This document shows, one piece after another, positions 50,701-64,000 of a stretch of 64,000 bases of DNA. The position numbers and the translations under genes are program-made. The DNA is from Dimorphilus gyrociliatus. Its lineage: Eukaryota > Animalia > Annelida. Position 1 is the stretch's first letter, and every line of letters starts with the position of its first letter. The stretch covers positions 2,549,404-2,613,403 of the forward strand of contig CAJFCJ010000007.1 of NCBI GenBank assembly GCA_904063045.1. Direction: 5' to 3'. Below the pieces are notes generated by a model, which made no database searches, had not been told where the DNA came from, and saw only the letters and a list, made by a program, of their open reading frames with translations.

Positions 50701-53700
50701 TGCCGATTCTGTTAGGTAATGCAGCTTTATAAGCTTAACATGCTTTTGTTTTTGCTTTGTTTTGTTAATTCTTCTATTATTATACAGTATTTTATCCTTT
50801 GTGTGTATTTAAATAGTTTGCCTTGTAGGTTAACCAGTTTACAGTTGTGTTTAATGTTGATATGATATAGATAAGAATCTATTTATTCCATTTTGAACAG
50901 AGATACAACAAACGCTGCAACCATGGCTGCGGGATCTTCAAGATTACAAGTTGGACCTTTTGTTGTTTTACCGGCTAGCATGACAGTTTTACCCGGTGGT
51001 CAAGCTTCCATCACAGTTGAATGTCAGCCGGATCAAGAAGGAAAATGGGAAGAGGAACTGGCAATTGATATTTCTGGAAGAAACCCTAAGCACCATCCAG
51101 ATGGTGTCTCGTATACTTTAATTTCCGAGGCATGCGTACCAGATATATCAGGTTTGCTGAAAGGAGTATCATTTCATTCTTCGACCATTTTTGAAGAGCA
51201 TCTCATTTGCAAGAATTTGTCTCATTGGTCTCATATAAATAGTAATTTGGACGTTAATGGAATATATGGAGAAGATGAAAAGAAATTCTTGTTCCTTAAC
51301 GTTTTAGTTGGAAATCGCTGCTCAGCTCGCTTTAAGTTTATAAATCTCTCTAAAGTTCCTTGCGATGTTTCCTTCTCCGTAAAGCAAGCTATCACCAAGG
51401 CAACTTCGAAGTATTCCGACGTCTTTGAAATTGAACCAACTAGAGCTCAGATTCCCGTACACGGATTTCAATATGCAACAGTTACTTTCTGTCCTCCATC
51501 TATGCAACACTTTAACGCTACTTTTGAAGCTGTTTTAGAGAATGCAGTAACCAGCGGCCAGCAGATGAAAGCCAAAAGTCTATCTTTCGAAGTTTCTGGC
51601 GAAGGCAATCTACCAAGAATCACAGTTCTCAAACCAAGTGTTCGCAATAAGAAGGGACAACCGCTTCTTCTATTCCAGAGAATTCTTATATCACGTTCTC
51701 AACGTCTGCCCCTTGTCATATCGAACGATGGAAGTTTACCAGCAAAAGTACATATAGATCTTATTGATCCTGACGATGTATTCACAATGAAATCAGGACC
51801 TGACTCTAATGCACTATTAGAATATTTAGTTGACTCTGATGGAGAGAGACAACGTCGACCGCATACAGCATCCTTGGTAATTAACCAATCAGAGGAGAGT
51901 TCCTTCAGCGTCTTTTACACGCCGAAAAAAGCAATCAGATCGCAAGCACACCTAAAAATTTCAGTTGTTAACAATCAATACGAAGACTCCATCATCCAGC
52001 TTGTCGGAGAGGGATTTGTAGCTCCCGTAACTCTGGATAATATATCCGACAGTTTTGCTCCAACTGAACCAGAATTGCAGGAAGGTTCAATGGCCGACGA
52101 TGACGTCGCCGCAGCTAATGATACACATATGTATTTCGGACATTTGAACGTAGAAGAATCCAGAACAATGAGATTTACAATGACGAATCACGAAGAAGCC
52201 TGCTTCCGCTTCGTTTGGCCAACTGGAGAAAATCACCTTACTTTCGTTCCTGCAATTGGTCATTTACATAGTGGATGTCAGAAGGATGTTACTGTTACTT
52301 TCAAATCTAATGAACCAGTAACAGTAGAACAAACAAACATATCTTGCAAGATGACAAAGATTACTTTTGACAAACCAGTCAACGAAGTACAAGATTGGGA
52401 CGATAGGACTAGAAGTGTTAAGTGGGTTGATGCAGGATCAGCTCCGCCAACATCCACAAGTTCTAAACCAACTACACCAGCTCCCCCACAAACGGCACCT
52501 CGACCAGCGAAGAAGAAAATTATAGAATCAGAGCCTGAACCTACTTTTACGGAAGTTGCCGAAAGTTCATCTACTGTTGATCTAACTATTTCAGCTATAT
52601 GCGACTACAACAAATTTAAATGTAAGACCGAATCAATACACTTCCGGGAGACCCTAATGTTCCAAACTCGGGTATTTGAACTGGTTCTTAGCAACAAAGG
52701 TGTTATTAACATGGATATATCTTGGCAAATTTTAATGGAGGAAGCATCAAGAGGAGTTACACCAACGGCAAAGCTCAGGGAGAATTGCGAAGATTCTCCA
52801 AGATCCTCAATTTTGAGCGATATCGCATACTCTCCCTTCACAGTAAATCCTGAACATACTGTAATTGGTCCTGGAAAGAAAGCGTCTTTTACTATCAAGT
52901 TTGCTCCTCTGGACGTTAACGACTATGAAGCAAGACTGATTGGTTCGATTCCAAATTTGGAAGTAGGAAAATTTGGACCAGTTGTCGGACTTCGCGCCCG
53001 TAGCCTTATGCCATATATTCACTTCGAACTTGAGGACAGCGATTATATCAAAGCTGCTCGCCGAGATCCAAAATTGCGTGGACCAAATGACGCTCCTGCC
53101 GGAACTACTTTGGATCCTAACACTCGAGTTATTGAGTACAATGTTATTGGTTTGGGAGTTACTGAAGTTAGAAAGTTCACCTTTGTCAACCCAACCAGCA
53201 AAAATTTCACATTTGATTGGACTAATGAAGATATTCAAGATACCAAAATTGAACCAAACTTTTCGTGCCTAACTCCTTATGGAAGATTAAATAGTGGAAA
53301 GAAGGGAGAGTGTGCATTCCAATTTAAATCCACAGATTTAGGTTTAATTGAAAGCTTCTGGAAGATAAACGTTACAGAATACCCGACCGGTAATACAAAG
53401 GATACACCTGTAGAAGTATCGGTACCTTTCCTTCTAGTTGCAAACGTAAGAGAACCGAATGTTACATTTAATAAATCGCATGTAAATTTCAAGAGTTTAT
53501 TAATCGGACACGAAGCCACTGAAACAATATATTTAATAAATGGTGAGGAGGAAGCTTTTGACTTCATCTTTGAAGAATCATCACTTAGAGCTCCTGGTTT
53601 TAAGAATGTTCTTGAGGTACATCCTCAGTTTGGTAGGATAGAGGGAAGAGGAAGACGAGAGATAACCTTAAAATTAGTTGTTAGCAACGAAAAAGAAGTG

Positions 53701-56586
53701 AATTTTAACTGTAGATGTAAAGTTGTTGGAATGAAATTACCTTTGCACTTGAATGTGAAAGCCGAAGGTTATGCAATGAACGCTCTAGTCTTCTGTGAGG
53801 ATTCAGTCGGTAATAAGATAGAATTTAAAGTAGGAGGAAAGAACATTGTCGATTTTGGAGATGTTGAAGTGAAAGAGAAGGCGAATCGTAACGTTTATAT
53901 TGTTAATGCCGCAAAATTCAATACCGACTTTGATTGGGAGCAGAAAGGTGCTAAGAACCTCCTTTCAATTAGTCCACAAAAGGGTGGAATCAACTGTGGA
54001 GATAGACAATTGTGTAGATTAACCGTCCAGCCTAACAAACCGGGTGAAATAAGATCTGATTTAACACTAAATATCCAACATGGACCATCTTTTAAAATTT
54101 CAGTTATGGGCAATGCAAGACTCCCCGGTTTACAGTTTTCTTTTACTCATTATAATTTTGGTCATGTTCCAACCCAGAGAGCAGGATTCCCACCAGCTAT
54201 AGTCCAATTGGAATTACGTAATACAGATAACAAGGAAATGAGTGTCGAGTGCCTATACGAATCTAACTCATACTTGGAGCACAATTTTAAATCTTCAATA
54301 GTCCTGCAAAAACAATCGAAGACTCACGTGACTTTTGAATTCTCTCCTCTGGAGGCTATCAAGTACACGGAAAATGTTGTCTTCCGTGTTAATGGACTTT
54401 GCGAAAGTACTGTTCAATTAATTGGAATTGGTTGTAACTTAAAGGTAGAAGTGGCGAATCCTAATGATCGTAGGATTAGATTGGGTTCGAAGAGTCTAAG
54501 AGTAGGTGGTCAAGTGTCAAAAATCATACCAATCGTTAATAGAACGCAGATCGACGTGGATGTACAACTCGTCTTTAATCCATCGTCTAAGATATTACAG
54601 AGTACCGGAGCTATTTCAATGCATCCAAAAGAAAAATTCAGAATGGCTAAGAATGGTGGCACGGCTAAAGTCCATCTAGTCTTTAATCCGAGGTGTAGAA
54701 TCCCTAATTTCACGGAGGAAATTCTAATTGAATTTGAAAAGATACAGCAGCCGCTCTTTGCTATATCAGGCGTTTGTCATGGAATAGAGATAGCTCTTGA
54801 TAATGATTCAATACCATTCGGTGCCGTGACAAAGGATAGTTGGTCATCACGTAAATTACTATTGATAAACGACGGTGATATTGGAACTAAATTCGAATGG
54901 GATATTAAAAAGTTTGGTCCCGACTTTTCTATTACGCCAGTTAAAGGCGATATCTTCCCTGGAATGAAAGTACCATTTGATGTTCGTTTTCATCCTACAA
55001 AAGTTAGCTCGGATCTAAGGTATGACAAGCTCAAATGTTCCATTGAAGGAGCTTCGCCACTAATGTTAACTTTAACCGGAACTTGCGTTGCTGTAATGCC
55101 TGCAAGAGAGGTTATTACTTTATCAACAAATGTTAGACGGGTAGAAACAAAGAACATCTCAATTAGAAACAACTCAAATATGCATTGGCACCTAAGACCA
55201 ATCGTGGACGGAGAATACTTTTCAGGACCGGAAACACTTGATGTTGATCCTCAAAGCTCTAGACAGTACGAACTCCGATACGCTCCTCTTCTAATGACTG
55301 GTGAGGGAAAGAAACATTCCGGATCTGTTTTCTTCCCTATTCCAGATGGTTCAGGTTTATTATACAATCTACAAGGTTCATCTGAAGCTCCAAAAATCAG
55401 CGAACGCATTCAACAAGAAATCCCTTGTAAAACTTCGCACACAATCAAATTAAATGTCAAAAATTGGTTAAAGAGACCTCAAAGATTCAAGAAAAAAATA
55501 GATTATATTAAACCAGAAAGACCTGATCCAGGTACAAACATAGAAGGTCTAGAATACATAGATGTCCCAGCAGACTCTACTGGTGAATATCTACTGAAAT
55601 TCCATACACATAAAGAAGGAGTAACAACAATTAAAGTAACATTCATAAACGAACAATCTGGAGAGTATCAGTATATGGAAGTCACCTTCCGAGCTCTGAA
55701 ACCCGATGTTATTGGAACTATAGAGTTAACAACTCCAGTAAGGGAACTTGTAGAACAATCCATCAAGTTGACAAATCCGCTGGATCATACAGTCGTATTT
55801 TCTGTAAATCTTATTGGAGTACCATCTGACTTACTTCATATGCCTAATCAACAAGCTGTTGGTCATAAGAGTGATATGGACTTTACAATTGAGTATCGGC
55901 CTTTCGTCGTTGGTGAGCATAAGGGTCGTCTCGAGTTTACCAGCAACGAGCTAGGTCTCTATGCCTACGATCTTATATTAAAGGCAACCGCTGCAGGTCC
56001 TCAGCCTGCTGTCTATTTTAGAGCGGCATTAGGAACAAATCACTCCCAAACAGTAAAATTTCTTCATTATGCCAAAGTCAAGGCAGATTATCAATGTAAA
56101 GTTGACCATCCCGATTTCCATGTCGACAAAGTTGTGTCGGCAGCACCAGGATCTATTTCCGGCACTGAGGTTAGCACTGATGTAATCTATGAACCATCTA
56201 GAATAGGAGATGTTAGAGCCGTTTTGAACGTCTCTAATTCGGTTGGTGGAGAATATTCTTTCCCCCTCTTTGGAACATGCGTACAATCGAAACCCCAAGG
56301 TCCTTTTACAGTGAAAGCCGGATCAACAACATCAATCAACTTCCGCAACGTTTTCAATTCTCCTACAGCATTCATGTTCCAAGTAGATCATCCGAGATTC
56401 CACGTCTCAAAGACATCCGAAACTATTCGAGCCCATAAGGATCACAGAGTCGTAGTTGGTTTCGACGGAAACGAGTCTGGAAGCAAGAACGTCGTCATGG
56501 CAAAATTAGTAATCTCTTGCGCAAAATCGGCCGGTGGTTCCACAAACGCTCAGTGGCTGTATTACTTAAAGGGAATTACACCTTAA
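38735..56586 (+). CDS. HYDIN: Hydrocephalus-inducing protein HYDIN (axonemal central-pair, ASH repeats, adenylate-kinase-like region), roughly 5,200 aa
   Basis: IELLDMSETTHQK, LFQPFPSEVIFQNF, NRRGIAIIVHGAPLSG|GKSST, WIIPPKG...QFDQTLNFEI, FEFGPLLAGKSR and terminal WLYYLKGITP; about 21 GT-AG introns traced in frame. Confidence 0.96.
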
Positions 56587-56861
56587 ACTATTTATCCTTT
56601 CCTTTACATATAAACATTTTGTTTTCCTTTTTTTGGGACAATTTTATCAATTATTTTTTGAATAAATTAACTAATTCTTAAATATTATTGGCTTTTACAT
56701 CTTTACTATACTAATTATCATATTCATATTCCTTATCTACAAGACTGCAACACAATATATACATCTTATATAGATATCGACATTTGCGTATTGCAGTTTT
56801 CACCTGCAAAAGAATATTTTCCTTTTGATATTAAGTAATTAATGGTAAAAAGTAGCGACAG

Positions 56862-57381
56862 ATGAAATATTCAGTACTCTTTAACGTTTACTTTCTTATT
56901 CTAATTTTTAAAGTAGACGGCATCTTCTCAATAAGCTGTAAATATTATTATTTTTTCCTATCTTTTGTTTATAAATCTCTTTTGTTTTTTAGACTCTAAT
57001 CGCAATCCAAAACGAATAAAATGTTACGAATGCAACGTATGGAAAGCTGGCTATGGACAATCTTGTCAACCTGCCAATTCTACGACTATTCGTAAGAAAA
57101 TGATTAGAAAAGATTGCGTATCTTGTTTATCGTTAATTACGGAAGCTAGGGTAAACTATTATAAAAATATTCCTAGAGTTTCGAGAATTGTCAGTAAAGC
57201 ATGTATTCAAAGTGAGCAAAGTTATTTTGGGAACGAATGCCAAATTTATATTAGCGGGGGAGGTTCATATACAAAATGCTATTGCAACTCTGATTTATGT
57301 AATTCAGCTCCGATGACAGAAAAGTGGTCTTTTGTTTACTTTTATATTTTTTATTACCTGTTTAAAAATATAATCTCTTAG
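56862..57381 (+). CDS. Ly6/uPAR three-finger protein, quiver/sleepless-like, predicted GPI-anchored
   Basis: Signal-peptide exon MKYSVLFNVYFLILIFKVDGIFSIS, a 10-Cys domain from CYECN to KCYCNSDLCN and a hydrophobic C-terminal tail. Confidence 0.8.
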
Positions 57382-57684
57382 TTATTTTTGTTCTATGTGT
57401 AATTTCAATATTAAATAAATAACATGTTGTAGCGGTCAATTTTGTAAACATCTTTTACAAATATTTTAGATAAGGCGCCAATCCGGAAGTTGATTATATT
57501 TAGCTACTTTTTCTAGAGTTTATCAAGAAAAAAAAATTAATATATTTTTCTTTAACACTAGTTAATATATCGCTGATTTATTTCCAAGGCCCAGTGACTA
57601 TTCGGTTTTAAAATGAGCTGAAATTCATAATAATAATAATAATACAAAATAATAAATGCTCCGAGATTTAGAGTAAAAACAAAG

Positions 57685-59099
57685 ATGGCGACTGGAGGCG
57701 GAGATGAAAATTCTAATCCTTTTTCGTACAGAAACTTTGTTAAACACAAACGTTTTTCAAACAATGATAGTACAGAAAATGACGAAAGCGATCGAAATGC
57801 TCCTGTAATGCGTCTAGATCTCGTTGACGATGAAAAGAGTTCAATTAACCGTGGTAAATTGCGCGCTAATTCTGTCAATAACATATTTACCGAAAATTTT
57901 ATGCACATTATTCAGAGGATAATCCTTCAACACGTCGAAATCGACAAGGCGATAATTCGTTTTCATTAAGAAAGTTCTTAAAAACCAGTTCAAAGTCTAG
58001 TAATGGTCACCTATCCAAATTAGACTTGGCCAACGATTTGCCCGATTTTGTTCAGGATCACATTCCTCCCTCTCCAAATTTATCACGACAGGTGCAACCA
58101 GGCCCATCTAACGTATCCCTGCCGGATTTTGCGCTAGATAGCAATCCTAGTCCAAATCACGAGCCTCCAATGTCAAATCCTGCAGCAACTATTGAACCTC
58201 ACCGCACAGGCGAACTGCCTGAAATTCTCTCTGATTCTCAAGTCCAAAGAAACAAAGATAGCTCAATTAATGGTTCATTAGCGAACGAAAATCTGAGAGA
58301 TTATGAAATTCGACGGGTGAGTTTGGTTTTTTTTCTAATATTCAACGAAAATTTTACATTAATAAATATCACTCAGCTGAGAGAAGAGAACGACGAGTTG
58401 CGAAGGCAACTGGAGGAAGCGCGACATTGTGCTCAAACCCAATCAAAGCAAGTTTCAGAAGTTCTAAAAGAAATGGAAATAATTCAACAGAGAGAAAGAG
58501 AAGAAACTGCTGCAATAGAATCAGTAGTTCAATCAGTCGAAAATAATTTAGATACTGCAACAGTAAGATCTAAAAACAAAACAAAATATGAATTTTGTAT
58601 TTATTATTGGTATGTTTGTCTTTTTGTAGAAACGAGCCCAGAAGGCTGAAACCGAATTAACTCAGTCTAAGCAACTTATTAAACAATTAAATGTAAAATT
58701 AAATAAGTTGAATCTTTGCAGAAATGTTACTAATTTCTTTTCTTTATTTATTTATAGAATAGATTAAGTGAGTTACAAATTGAAAATAGAACTTTACGAG
58801 CCGGTAAATCTGTACAAAGTAACGAAGCGATTAAGGAAAAAGTTCGAAATGCTTCTGAACAATTGAACTCAGCCGCTATAACTGCTAAGGCTACTTTACA
58901 GTAAGAATTTAATTCAATAGTTACAATTTACTATTCAAGTTTATTCTACAGGCAATTAATGGGCGGTGTAGATCAAATAAAGCTTATTTCTGAAGTCTTA
59001 GCTTCCGTTGATAAAATTACGGATGCTTCAATACCAACAGACGACTATGTAGATTCAAAGACATATACAACAGGAGCATATGGCGAATCAATAGACTAA
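57685..59099 (+). CDS. ENTR1: Endosome-associated trafficking regulator 1 (SDCCAG3)
   Basis: NPFSYRNFVK and LPDFVQDH motifs, followed by a coiled coil (QLREENDELRRQLEEA...ETAAIESVVQSVENNL). Confidence 0.85.
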
Positions 59100-59204
59100 A
59101 GAATTTCTTTTCCTTAGCTGTTTTTATATTAAAAAAGATATTGTTACTGTTATAATAAACAATGTAAAAATTATCAAATTCACGGGGAAAGGAACTTTAT
59201 TTGT

Positions 59205-60824
59205 TTAAGCTACTGAGCAGCATTGAGATTCCTGTTTATTAACTTCCTCCACAGGATCGTAGACAAAACCATTTAAGTATAATCTAAATAAAGATATTTT
59301 ATAGTGGCCTCTTCCAGGAATCCACCTGACGCTAGATTTGTCTGTATTAACAACTTTGGCTTCCGGAATTAATTCTGTTGATAACGTATCAATCCCAATA
59401 ACAGAAACATTTTGAGTTTGTAGCCATTTGTTCACATTCTCTATACATTGACCCATTGGTTGAGCTTCTTTACCATTTCTTTGAGGAACAAAACACTTCG
59501 TCGATAAATGATTAATTTTTTGAGAACTTTGATTTGTAATACTGATCACTCTTATTACTTTTGCAAATATTGTATCTATAAGGTTGTGATAATAATCAGT
59601 TTTCTTCGAATCAATCGAACATTCTCCAAAATTGATATCTACTTTTGATTGAATTGTTTGAATGTTTGTGACTGCCATCTAAGAGATAAAGATAAATGTT
59701 ATGAATATAAGGTGTTTATATTCAGGGTATATGATATTTATGCTGAAATCGTTCTTACCTGATTGTCATGTATGAATTTTGATGCTTTTTTCAAGTTTTC
59801 TGGATATTTTTCAAATGTAGGATTTGTTAATCCGACACATCTGATCATTTTTGGTGTAAAATCGGTAATAGCTGGACGAGGAAGTAAATTGATATTACTT
59901 TAGATAAGATAAAACTAGTCTAGTAAGATATTGTCTATTTTTTTTACCTATCTCCTCTTGTAATGGAGGCCCAACAATAAAAAATACTTTTAAGCAATGA
60001 ATAACAAATCGGATAGAATTTCCAGATTCACTCCAGCAGGTTTTATCTGGATGACGAATTTCTGGAAAGAGCACTCTCGTTCCACTACCAGTGTGCCTCA
60101 TTTCTACTGTATCTACATTTAAGATTTTACCCGGTAAAGGATTCATTCCGACTCCTTGATTAAACTTACAGACCATCTCATCGATTGTTTCATGAACAGG
60201 GATTTCTATGCCTCTCATTCTACCAAAGCTAAACCCAATGCTGGCACCCGCGCCAATAAATACTCTCTCAGGTTGTAGAAATATACCATGTTTTCTCTCT
60301 GGGAAAAGATTTACATAGCCTAATTGATGGGGTGGTTCGCCTTCAGTTGCAGGTCTCAACCAGAGGCGTAGGCCCCTCACAAATACAGATGCTCCATTGG
60401 CAGATTCATGATGAACAGTACTTTCAGTCTCGAGTATTCCTTCTCTGCTGATTTTGCGATCTAAACATTCGCTATGCAAAACTCTAAAATTTTGATTTGA
60501 TCTTAACCAATCGTTAACGACTTCCAAAATCGTTGGGAAAGGCTCAAATTCTGGCAGATCCGTTTGACCACCCGGTGCTAGTAATTTTGGGAGGAAATCA
60601 GCGTAGGCTAATGGAGGAGAAGAATTGGCAGTACATCCCTAACAAGGAATAATAAAATAATCAGCTAAAAAACTTTGACTTTAATGAGTCAGATTGCATA
60701 CCTCTAGTACTGGTTGTGTATAGGGGGGAGGCGCTTCCAAAGGGTAAACAGGGAGGCAGGGAACATCTGGAGCTACACCGAAAATCTCCTCATAAGATGG
60801 TGGATTAGGTGTGCAATTATCCAT
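59205..60824 (-). CDS. Uncharacterised protein: N-terminal PY motifs, four tandem ~90-110 aa repeats and C-terminal CCSVA
   Basis: Four exons splice in frame starting MDNCTPNPPSYEEIF...APPPY; the internal repeats align by eye. No named family was recognised. Confidence 0.8.
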
Positions 60825-61246
60825 CTTTATTACTTAACAAAATATTTAATATTCTAATCTTACGTCAAAACTTTGACAGGAAACCAGTTTATAAGAGTGT
60901 TTGGGTTATCGAAATATTCTATTCTAATCTACAATGGCGCCTTTTTGTTTAGCTATTTGCTTTGGCAACGGCACTAAGCAGAAAGTTTAGTTTCACTGTA
61001 ATATAATTCATTGTAATATTTATAGCAAGTCACATTGAAATGAGTCAAGGAGAGGAAATATTTTTTTGCATGTACAATAATAAAACTTAAAATAAAAATA
61101 AAGAAAATAGTTGACACTATTAAAATACATAGACAGTACTCAATTATTAACAATTTATAAAATTCAAAGAAACTATTAGGCTTGAAAATAATAACAATGC
61201 CAGAAAATAACTTTATAACTTTATAATGCCAATAGTTGAATCTAAT

Positions 61247-63813
61247 TTACGAGTTCTTGGTGGTTGTAAAATTATTTGAAGTTGAAATATTGTTTATCAC
61301 ATACTTGAGAAAGATATTATTCTGTTTTACAAGATGTGAATAAAAATGCCTTTCTGTTGTGAAAAAAATAAAGAATCTTTACAACTCATGAATATTAATG
61401 AGTGAAAAGAAAATATTAAACATTTACTTACCATATAGACATTTTAAGGGTAAAAATGAAAGTACGCATTTATTATGTACTAATTCTTCTTGGACAGCAT
61501 GTAATATCTTTCTTGCTTCTGTAGGTTGCTTGATTAAATTCGAATATACCAAAACCATATCAGGACTTATTATAGCCCACTTTTCAAAATATGTTGTCAA
61601 TAGGCAAACAACTCCAACATTAAAGCGATTAAGTAAACTCTTTGAATTTACAATAATAGAATCTCCCGGTCTTATTGAGTGTAAAACATTTAGAACATTT
61701 CTAATAATTTCAATCCATATTTGAATATCAAAACTGAGCAAGCAAAAATCATCTTTTAGACATAAATCAAGTATGTATATGCGATTAGGAATAATCCCAT
61801 TTCTTTCGAGATTGGACTGTAACAGTTTTTCAAAAATACTTTTTGATTCTTCAACAAAAGGAGACTTATCGTCTTGCAAGCAAACAATTTTCGGATCCCA
61901 GTTTCTAGCGATCGATTGATTATATAAATATCTCAAAATTTCCTCTATACCATATACTCGAACTTGGGACTTTTTTACTAGTTTTAAATTGAATATTGAG
62001 TTAAACTCTTCTAACAAGGATTGAGTGCAAAATTTTGAACATAATAAACTTGACGGCAATTTTCCATATTCTAATTTCAATACTAATGGCAATTTAGAAG
62101 TGCTAATCAGATGAAATTCTTCTTTATCAATTGTATACATTTTTGACGGCTCTCTTAATGGGATATCATTCGACAAAACGCGCTGATTAAATGAACCTAT
62201 TAATTTTCTTTTTCCGCAAAGTTCTTGTCTAACTTGAACCAACTGTAGGAAACTAAAATTATTATATAAATTAATTAGTTACGTACTCTACAAACATAAG
62301 TGAACTTCGATCTATGTCCCAAATGATCATGAAAAGGTATTCTGCCTAATTGAAATCTATTGATCCATAAATTGGCATAAAACTTTTGATCTTGTATCAA
62401 ATTATATTTTAAGCAATCGCTTCTATTTTTATATTTAGCTTTATTAGCTACAATGGTTTCAATTTGACTGTTCGTAAAAAATTTACAGTGTTCAAAGTGT
62501 TGATCCAAAAAGTTTTTATCAATTCGTTCCCTCTGAATAATAAAGGTCTTCTTTTCAGCTGTAAACAGATCGTAATGCTAAACAACGTAGTTATAATAGA
62601 AATTAAATAAAAGTTCATTACCCATTTTCTTCATTAGGTATTTAAGTAGGTCACCATCAATACCTTGGAAATTACTACAAATCACATAACGTTCGGAATT
62701 ACCTGGTTTGCTTGTGAAAGGTTTAAATAGCTTAACCTAAAAATATTTGATTAGAATAGAGTTTCCTCTATTATTATGAAAGTTTTACCTTTTCAAAACA
62801 ACAGACTAGTAAATATATTAGAGATATCGATTGTGCTTCGAAAAGTGTGAATGCCTTTAATACAGCAGATCCTCCTTTATTAAGAATTGTTAGAATAGCA
62901 ATAGCTTCGGCTTGTATTAAATGCGCAACAAGAAGTTCCTGTCGATCTGGAGCGTCGGCGCAATCCATACTTCCATCTGCAGTAATCTACTTATGGAAAT
63001 AAGAATTTACTGATCTTATTTTTTTTAATAACAATGCTAACAATTACGTACAAAATTAACATGACGTAGTTTACTTTCAGCCTCTTGTATGAGTCCAGCT
63101 AAATTTTGTATTTCAGAAATATCTCCTGTATTATCCATTCCAAAATACCAATGATCCAGGGTTTTGACAATAAATCTGTCGTCATCTATCATTCTTTTTA
63201 AGTCATTCCCTTCGTAATATGGATTTAAGCTTGTAGCAACCCATTGCCAATCTATTGTTCTATTATTCTCAAGTCGCAGTTTATGGTTTAATGATGCTAG
63301 AAACGCTCCTGGTGCTTCACATATATGCACTGATCTAAGGCGTGTTTTTTCATGTGTCAACTCTTCATTTGAACTAAGAATTTCGTAAAATTTACACCAG
63401 GCCTGAGTGCATAATTCTGGTCCGAAGGAATCTTTTACAAATTTCACAACACCGCCAGCAGGATTTGTCAAGTTTGTGTGTTGGTGCCAGTCTTGAATGT
63501 CGTAATCGCTTAAAGAAGATTTAACTATGTTTAATTCATCCCTTAGTGATATAAGATTTTCTATTTCCCAAATCTCTTCGCAAAAAAATCCAGCCGTTAA
63601 GTTTTTGGCACTTATTTGGTCATACACACAGAATTTTCCTAATTGGAACTCATTCGAACTACACATTTCGCATCGTAAACAACGTAATTCTGTATTATCG
63701 CCCAACAAATACCACCAGTTTATTTTTAAACAAAAAATAGCTATTTTGGCGCGAATATCGTTACAGCATTTGATGGTAAATATTGCGCCGCTGCATTTAT
63801 TTTTAACAAACAC
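61247..63813 (-). CDS. CMTR2: Cap-specific mRNA (nucleoside-2'-O-)-methyltransferase 2
   Basis: PELCTQAWCKFYEIL, SVHICEAPGAF, WVATSLNPYYEGN, ITADGSMDC and KPFTSKPGNSERYVIC. The true start codon is uncertain and may lie downstream of 63813. Confidence 0.92.
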
Positions 63814-64000
63814 ATGGCAGGCAGTTCAATCGTCTGGTACAAATGTTAATATGAAAAGCACTTTTTACATGTAATTTAAACATCACCCTCCCGGGTAACT
63901 AACAGAAATCGTAGAAACACGAAGAAATTTAACAACTTTCTATGTTCTAAAACTCATCCTCACTACTACAGTAGCTATAAATTTGAAAACTTTCCATTAA

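Noticed and set aside
61295-61301. K-box match near the CMTR2 3' end
   Set aside because: It falls inside the last coding exon (ERHFYSHLVKQNNIFLKYVINN...), not the UTR.
63527-63874. 115-aa + strand ORF at the right edge
   Set aside because: Antisense to the CMTR2 5' region, with no homology recognised.

Overview
AT-rich, very gene-dense animal genomic DNA: about 21 spliced protein-coding genes in 64 kb, mostly with 45-100 nt GT-AG introns and intergenic gaps of 0.1-1.6 kb. The miR-71/miR-2 cluster and the miR-2 variant UAUCACAGCCUGCUUGGAUC point to a lophotrochozoan protostome; the compaction fits a miniaturised annelid genome such as Dimorphilus (inference only). Gene order: NWD-like (partial, -), PPP4R1 (+), TWNK (-), RFX-like/HP1BP3-like (-), CBL (+), RBCK1 (-), MAF1 (+), fascin (+), ANKRD28/44/52 (-), RPS23 (-), TFAM (-), PARD6 (-), RPS4 (+), C2H2 zinc-finger gene (-), PRELID3 (-), SNRPF (-), HYDIN (+), Ly6/quiver-like (+), ENTR1 (+), uncharacterised 4-repeat protein (-), CMTR2 (-). 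Non-coding content: mir-71 plus five mir-2 hairpins in PPP4R1 intron 4, a candidate C/D snoRNA in PPP4R1 intron 5, and two H/ACA snoRNAs in RPS4 introns. Main leads: (1) the PPP4R1 3' UTR carries an 18-bp bipartite target site for its own intronic miR-2s, suggesting a self-regulating host/miRNA circuit; (2) a fusion of an RFX-type winged helix to three linker-histone domains; (3) an uncharacterised PY-motif, 4-repeat, CaaX protein; (4) an N-acylated NWD-like protein with RFX X-boxes. All gene models and RNA pairings were derived by eye, and rRNA coordinates and homologue sequences are from memory. No transposon or CRISPR array was found.
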